From positions 28,595-92,594 of the forward strand of contig JAYOTF010000008.1 of the NCBI GenBank assembly GCA_038150265.1: a stretch of DNA of 64,000 nucleotides. The letters run 5' to 3'. Numbering within the stretch: position 1 is the stretch's first letter; every line of letters starts with the position of its first letter. The notes under the pieces were generated by a model. That model saw nothing but the letters and a program-made list of their open reading frames with translations. It was not told the origin of the DNA and did not search any database. Source of the stretch: Deltaproteobacteria bacterium. Its GTDB lineage: Bacteria > SAR324 > NAC60-12. Made by a program: the position numbers and the translations under genes. Below are positions 58,589 to 64,000 of this stretch, piece by piece.

Positions 58589-59610
58589 TTTCCCATCTCC
58601 TTCAAGCGGGCGTCCAGCCGTGGATAAACGCGCCGGGCATTGCCCTCATAGACCTGATACTGCTCTTCCGGAGTCAGGTTGAGCGCGTCAATGTAACGCT
58701 TGGTGTCATCAAAGTAGTGGCCGGTCTCCGGGTCAATCCCCCGGACGGCGCCCACCATTTCGGAGCCGAAGAGGATGTTGTCGAGGTCAATCACCTGAAA
58801 GAGCAGGTCAATGCCCGGCTGGTGGTAGACACAGGTGTCAAAGAAGACGTTCTTCATCACATGCTCTGCCAGAGGGGGCTGCTTCAGCATGTCAGCGAGC
58901 CCCCGGTAGCGTCCCCAGTGGTAGGGCACAGCGCCGCCGCCGTGCGGAATGATGAACCGCAGGGTGGGGAAGTCCTTGAAGAGGTTCCCCTGCAGAAACT
59001 GCATGAAGGCGGTGGTGTCGGCATTGAGGTAGTGGGCACCGGTGGCGTGGAAGTTGGCATTGCAGGATCCGGAAACGTGAATCATCGCCGGAACGTCCAA
59101 CTCGACCATCTTTTCATAGAAGGGATACCAGCTGGGGTCGGTGAGCGGCTGAGAGGTCCAGTGTCCGCCGGAGGGGTCCGGGTTGAGGTTGCAGCCCACG
59201 AATCCAAGCTCCTGGACGCAGCGCTCCAGTTCTGCAATGGAGTGGGCAATGGAAACGCCAGGAGACTGGGGAAGCTGACAGACGCCGACAAAGACCTCCG
59301 GATAGAGGTCCACGACCCGTTTGATGAGGTTGTTGCAGGCCTGGGTCCAGCGTTGCGAAACGCCTTCATCGCCGAGGTGGTGCGCCATGGCCGAGGCCCG
59401 AGGCGAGAACAGCGTCAGGTCGGCCCCACGTTCCCGGAGCAGGCGGAGCTGGTTCTGCTCCACACTTTCCCGAATCTGATCATCTGAAATCGACGCCTCC
59501 TGAGGGTCTGGAAGAGCCGGGTCCTGAAACGCGGCCAGCTGGGCTTCCCGGAAGTGCTGGTGGGGCTCGGGCGCGGTGGTGTAGTGCCCATGGCAGTCAA
59601 TGATCAACAT
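58585..59610 (-). CDS. ligJ: 4-oxalomesaconate hydratase (LigJ/PmdE)
   Basis: IIDCHGHYTTAP, SPRASAMAHH, PHGGGAVPYHWGR, FDDTKRY. Confidence 0.93.
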   Translation of the reverse strand: MLIIDCHGHYTTAPEPHQHFREAQLAAFQDPALPDPQEASISDDQIRESVEQNQLRLLRERGADLTLFSPRASAMAHHLGDEGVSQRWTQACNNLIKRVVDLYPEVFVGVCQLPQSPGVSIAHSIAELERCVQELGFVGCNLNPDPSGGHWTSQPLTDPSWYPFYEKMVELDVPAMIHVSGSCNANFHATGAHYLNADTTAFMQFLQGNLFKDFPTLRFIIPHGGGAVPYHWGRYRGLADMLKQPPLAEHVMKNVFFDTCVYHQPGIDLLFQVIDLDNILFGSEMVGAVRGIDPETGHYFDDTKRYIDALNLTPEEQYQVYEGNARRVYPRLDARLKEMGK

Positions 59611-59701
59611 GAAGGCTCCTTCAGGAGAGAGGCGTGTTGCGGGAGCGCCGCCGGCTCAGGAGCCAGCGAGGGAGAACGGGTTGCGAGGCCTTGAGCCGGG
59701 T

Positions 59702-60793
59702 TCATGAACGCCTCCAGAGGCTGGAAGGCACCAGCACCTCGCCCCGCATGAGCAGGCGGGCGGTCCGGAGCAGTCCGGCTCGAGTGACCTGAAGCGTCCC
59801 CCCTTGCTGCTGAAGCTCCAGCCCGACGGTGAAGAAGCCGGTGGGGTGTTCCACATCAAGGGTGTGGCGTCCGGAAGAGAACGTTCGGTTGACCAGAGGC
59901 GCAGCAACTGAATCCGGAAGCACACAGGCGGTGGCAACACTGACGGCGCCGAGCACGCCAATGGCTTCATGCACCCGGTGCGGAATGAAGGTCCGGGTTG
60001 CCACCACGCCTCCTTGCTGGGCGGGAGCAATCAGGGACAGCTTTGGAACGGTCTTGCTGGAGACGTCCCCGAGGTTCATGGCGTGGCCAGCCTGGAGCCG
60101 GATGGACTCCAAGCGGGCCTTCAGGTCGGCATCGGCTTCCAGCGCTTCCGGAGTCTCAGAGCCCGTCTTGCCGAAGGCCTCTGCTTGGAGCAAAACGACG
60201 GGCATGCCGTTGTCGATGCAGGTGACCTCGACGCCATCGAAGGCATCGCGCTCCTTCCCGGTGGGCAGCAGGGCCCCGCAGCTTGAGCCAGCGGTATCGA
60301 GGAAATCCAGCAGCACGGGGGCCGCGGTTCCGGGAACGCCATCGATGCGAGCCGCTCCGGTGTACTGAACCTGGCCCTGAGGGGTCTGGACCTGTGCAAC
60401 AGCAAAGGTGTTGGTGTTGACCATGCGGATGCGGATTTCGGTCACCTCTGCCTGAGCCGGCACCAGCTTCTGCTCCACGGCAAAGGGCCCAACCGCCGCC
60501 AGGATGTTGCCGCAGTTCTGGCTCTCGCTGACCTCTGCCCGGTCCACGGCAACCTGAAGGAAGAGGTAGTCCACATCGGCATCCGGATGCGATGAGGCCG
60601 AGACCACCCCCACCTTGCTGGTAAGCGGGTGGGCCCCGCCAACGCCGTCAATCTGGCGCTCATCCGGAGACCCCATGGCCGCGAGCAGCACCTGGTTGCG
60701 CCGCTCCGGATCTTCCGGAAGATCTTCTCTTCGAAAGAGGAGGCCCTTGGAGGTGCCGCCTCGCATCAGGTAGGCGGGAATGGCGGTCTGCAT
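59702..60793 (-). CDS. ligU: 4-oxalomesaconate tautomerase (LigU/GalD, PrpF family)
   Basis: MRGGTSKG, QIDGVGGAHPLTSK, NCGN, EHPTG, RTARLLMRG. Confidence 0.9.
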   Translation of the reverse strand: MQTAIPAYLMRGGTSKGLLFRREDLPEDPERRNQVLLAAMGSPDERQIDGVGGAHPLTSKVGVVSASSHPDADVDYLFLQVAVDRAEVSESQNCGNILAAVGPFAVEQKLVPAQAEVTEIRIRMVNTNTFAVAQVQTPQGQVQYTGAARIDGVPGTAAPVLLDFLDTAGSSCGALLPTGKERDAFDGVEVTCIDNGMPVVLLQAEAFGKTGSETPEALEADADLKARLESIRLQAGHAMNLGDVSSKTVPKLSLIAPAQQGGVVATRTFIPHRVHEAIGVLGAVSVATACVLPDSVAAPLVNRTFSSGRHTLDVEHPTGFFTVGLELQQQGGTLQVTRAGLLRTARLLMRGEVLVPSSLWRRS

Positions 60794-61482
60794 CAGCGCC
60801 TTCCCTGGTACTTGAGGTACTTCAGCCCCTTGTTCCGGAGGCGTTCACGCATCTTGTAGAGGTCGAGACCAAGGACTCCGGAGGCGAGCGTTTCGCGTTT
60901 TCCGGCCTCATTGGCCAGCCGCTCCTTGGCCCGCTCCAGGGTCGACGCCACTTCATCCCGCTGCACGACCACGACGCCGTCATCATCGGCGACCACCAGG
61001 TCTCCGGGATGAATCAGGGCGCCTGCGCACACCAGGGGCACGTTCACCTGCCCAAGGGTTTCCTTGACGGTGCCCTGGGCTGAGATGGCTCGGGACCAGA
61101 CCGGGAAGCCCATTTCGGTCAGGGTGGCAACGTCTCGGACGCCGGCATCAATGACGAGGCCCCGGACGCCCCGGGCCATTAAGGAGGTGGCCAGCAGGTC
61201 GCCGAAGTAGCCATCTTCACACGGGCTGGTCGGGGCCACCACGAGGATGTCTCCGGGTTGGCACTGCTCCACGGCAACATGAATCATCCAGTTGTCTCCG
61301 GGAGGCACTTCGCAGGTGACGGCGGTTCCGGAGATCTGGGCCGGCCGATAAATCGGGCGCATGTAAGAAGCGAGGAGGCCCTTGCGTCCCTGGGCTTCAT
61401 GGACGGTTGCCACATCCAGCGTTTCAAACTCGGCAGCAAGCGCTGCATCCAGTCGGGGAATGTCTGTGTATACCACCGCCAT
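60793..61482 (-). CDS. ligK: 4-carboxy-4-hydroxy-2-oxoadipate aldolase (LigK/PmdF)
   Basis: [35 protein letters not shown]. Confidence 0.93.
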   Translation of the reverse strand: MAVVYTDIPRLDAALAAEFETLDVATVHEAQGRKGLLASYMRPIYRPAQISGTAVTCEVPPGDNWMIHVAVEQCQPGDILVVAPTSPCEDGYFGDLLATSLMARGVRGLVIDAGVRDVATLTEMGFPVWSRAISAQGTVKETLGQVNVPLVCAGALIHPGDLVVADDDGVVVVQRDEVASTLERAKERLANEAGKRETLASGVLGLDLYKMRERLRNKGLKYLKYQGRR

Positions 61483-61628
61483 GGGGCCTCCTTATTGAGT
61501 AGAAGCAGGAAGAAACGGATCGGCCTGTTGGGTTCCAGAAGGCGATTTGCGGGTGGAAGGGCTTCTGGAAGAGGCGCGAGCGGTTTTTGTCAGGGAGTAA
61601 ATAACCTCTTGTTTCCGGTGCGTCAACC

Positions 61629-62546
61629 TCAATCTTCAGCAGGCGTCCGGATGCGTGCTACCGACATGCGCTTGCCCGTGGCAACGACGGCGACGACGAA
61701 GCCGGCAAACAACCAGGTCTCGAGGCTGACTTCCTCTCCGAGTAAAGCAGAAGAGAAGAAGAGCGTAAAGAAGGGCATGAGCAGCTGAACCTGGCTCACA
61801 CGAGCGACGCCTCCGAGATTGAGACCCTTGTACCAGGCAAAGAAACCAAACAGCTGGCTGAACAGCGCCACATAAAGGAAGCCCGTCCAACTGGTCCACG
61901 GCACCGGCTCAATCAGCAGGCTCTGAGTCCAGAGCGTCAGGGGCAGCAGCAGGGGGATCCAGGCAACGAGTGTCCAGCAGATGGTTTGCCAGCCGCCCAG
62001 CTGGCCGCTCAGCTGAGCGCCCTTGACGTAGCCGTATGAGGCAGACAGGACCGCGCCGAGGAGCAACCAGTCGGCTCCCTGGAGCGTGCCGCCTCCTTCT
62101 CGGAGGGAGAAGAACACGACGGCCCCACTGCCGAGCAGTCCACACATCCAGAATCCAGGGGACGGACGCTCCCCAAGCATCAGGGCGCCGAGGATGGCGG
62201 TGCTCAGGGGCAGGATGCCCAGTACCACGCTGCCATGAACCGCTGGAACGAGCTGCATGGAGACGGTCATGAAGAAGGGGAACCCGATGATGACGCCCAG
62301 GCCCGTCTGCCACACGCCCCACCACTGTTGACGTGTGGGCCAGGGCTGCCGCGTGGTTCGGAGGATCACCAACCCGACACTGGCCGCCAGCAAGGCCCGT
62401 CCGGATGCCACGAAGTAGGGCGAAAGGTGAGCGACCGCCAGCCGGGTCATCGGAAGCGTCAGGCTGAACATCAGCATGCCGAAGATGCCAAACATCCAGC
62501 CACGCCATTCATCAGTTTGTGGGACCACGAGGAGCAAGCGCTTCAT
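61629..62546 (-). CDS. DMT/EamA family transporter
   Basis: FSLTLPMTR, GERPS, WYKGL, VSQVQL, 10 TM segments. Confidence 0.9.
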   Translation of the reverse strand: MKRLLLVVPQTDEWRGWMFGIFGMLMFSLTLPMTRLAVAHLSPYFVASGRALLAASVGLVILRTTRQPWPTRQQWWGVWQTGLGVIIGFPFFMTVSMQLVPAVHGSVVLGILPLSTAILGALMLGERPSPGFWMCGLLGSGAVVFFSLREGGGTLQGADWLLLGAVLSASYGYVKGAQLSGQLGGWQTICWTLVAWIPLLLPLTLWTQSLLIEPVPWTSWTGFLYVALFSQLFGFFAWYKGLNLGGVARVSQVQLLMPFFTLFFSSALLGEEVSLETWLFAGFVVAVVATGKRMSVARIRTPAED

Positions 62547-62831
62547 GAAGGGTTCAGAGGCTCAGGGAAGGGGGGTGAAGAACCGGGATTCCGGCCCGTC
62601 CGGTTTTGGATCTGCGGGAAGACGTTAGCAACTTGCCGGGGGAGTACAATGCAAAACTGGAAGGCGTGGCAGCGGGCAATCGACGCTTGACGCCGGCGGC
62701 ACGCCTGTGAAATGCTCATGCCCTTCGCTCTGGCAAGGCTGGAGCGTCCCCAGTAACTGAGTGAAATCCAGTCGTGTTTGCCCCTGCAGGAGTCACCCTG
62801 GGTTTGCTCTTCTCAAGAAGGAACCGAAACC

Positions 62832-64000
62832 ATGAACGATGCTTATCTCTGTGATGCGATCCGGACCCCGATCGGGCGATACGGCGGAGCCCTTTCAGGC
62901 GTCCGGGCGGATGACCTGGGAGCCATTCCGCTCAAGGCACTTCAGGAGCGCAACCCTCAGGTGGATTGGGGCGCGGTGGATGAGGTGATTTACGGGTGTG
63001 CGAATCAGGCTGGCGAAGACAACCGGAACGTCGCCCGCATGGTCACCTTGCTGGCGGGGCTCCCGACGTCGGTTCCCGGGACCACGGTGAACCGGTTATG
63101 TGGCTCCGGAATGGATGCCATCGGTCTGGCCGCCCGGACGATCAGGTCGGGTGAGGGAGAGCTTCTGGTTGCGGGAGGAGTGGAGAGCATGAGCCGGGCT
63201 CCCTTTGTGACGGCAAAGGCGACCCAGGCGTTCTCGCGTCAGGTGGAGACCCATGACACCACCATTGGTTGGCGTTTTGTGAATGCCCTTTTAAAGGAAC
63301 AGTACGGGATTGATTCCATGCCGGAGACGGGAGAGAACGTGGCGGAGCAATTTGGCATCTCCCGGGACGATCAGGACGCGTTTGCCTTCCGGTCGCAGCA
63401 GAAGGCGGCACGGGCCCAGGCGGCCGGGATCTTTGAGCAGGAGCTGACTCCTGTCGTGATTCCGCAACGCAGGGGGGAGCCAGTGATGGTTCGGCAGGAT
63501 GAACACCCCCGTCCGGAGACAACGCTGGAAGCGCTGGCTCGTTTGCCGACTCCTTTCCGTCAGGGAGGAACCGTCACTGCCGGGAATGCGTCGGGTGTGA
63601 ATGATGGGGCGTGTGCCGTCCTGATTGCTTCGGAGGCCGCAATGAAGCGTTACCAGCTCACGCCCCTGGCGCGGATTGTTGGGATGGCGACCGCCGGAGT
63701 GGAGCCCCGGATCATGGGGTGGGGGCCAGCACCGGCGTCCCGGAAGCTCCTTCAGCGCGTGGGGCTGACCATTGAACAGATGGATGTCATTGAGCTGAAC
63801 GAAGCCTTTGCGAGTCAGAGCCTGGCCGTGCTGCGGGACCTGGGAGTGCCGGAAGATGCGGAGCAGGTGAACCCGAACGGCGGCGCAATTGCCCTGGGAC
63901 ACCCGCTGGGGATGTCAGGAGCCCGTTTGGTGACGACGGCTGCGTATGAGCTGCGGCGATGCGGGGGGCGTTATGCTCTTTGCACGATGTGCATAGGGGT
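62832..64000 (+). CDS. pcaF: 3-oxoadipyl-CoA thiolase (PcaF/PaaJ), partial, runs off window end
   Basis: Hand-translated from ATG 62832: [59 protein letters not shown]. Absent from the ORF track because there is no stop in the window. Confidence 0.9.
   Translation, partial: MNDAYLCDAIRTPIGRYGGALSGVRADDLGAIPLKALQERNPQVDWGAVDEVIYGCANQAGEDNRNVARMVTLLAGLPTSVPGTTVNRLCGSGMDAIGLAARTIRSGEGELLVAGGVESMSRAPFVTAKATQAFSRQVETHDTTIGWRFVNALLKEQYGIDSMPETGENVAEQFGISRDDQDAFAFRSQQKAARAQAAGIFEQELTPVVIPQRRGEPVMVRQDEHPRPETTLEALARLPTPFRQGGTVTAGNASGVNDGACAVLIASEAAMKRYQLTPLARIVGMATAGVEPRIMGWGPAPASRKLLQRVGLTIEQMDVIELNEAFASQSLAVLRDLGVPEDAEQVNPNGGAIALGHPLGMSGARLVTTAAYELRRCGGRYALCTMCIG

Overview
A GC-rich (roughly 60-65% by eye), densely coding bacterial chromosome segment. 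I saw no rRNA, tRNA, CRISPR array, transposase or phage structural gene. The gene content suggests a deltaproteobacteria-like marine mixotroph such as SAR324, but that is inference only. Housekeeping genes include hemE, a DnaC-like ATPase, comM, lptG, recD2, holB, a long-form ispG, ribBA, a stand-alone nuoN, mtaB, adk, dksA, lptE, miaB and typA. There are four larger modules. (1) A complete thiosulfate/sulfide oxidation cluster: soxXYZA-soxK-soxBCD, flavocytochrome c, a diheme cytochrome and a SoxW-like thioredoxin. (2) A DUF444-SpoVR pair with no prkA beside it. (3) A moeA/moeA-PBP/tupAB/mobB Mo/W-cofactor cluster lacking tupC. (4) A protocatechuate 4,5-cleavage cluster (ligK-U-J-I-A-B-C), followed by a truncated pcaF/paaJ thiolase. 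The most striking non-gene signal is the palindrome TCCGGA, iterated about 3 times per kb (about 63 copies hand-counted in the first 20 kb, roughly 10-fold over base-composition expectation), which resembles the cyanobacterial HIP1 phenomenon. Also notable are a RomR-like pseudo-receiver protein with internal repeats, an MFS gene that seems to need a non-canonical start or readthrough, and a pilin-lipoprotein-FlgT-like operon.
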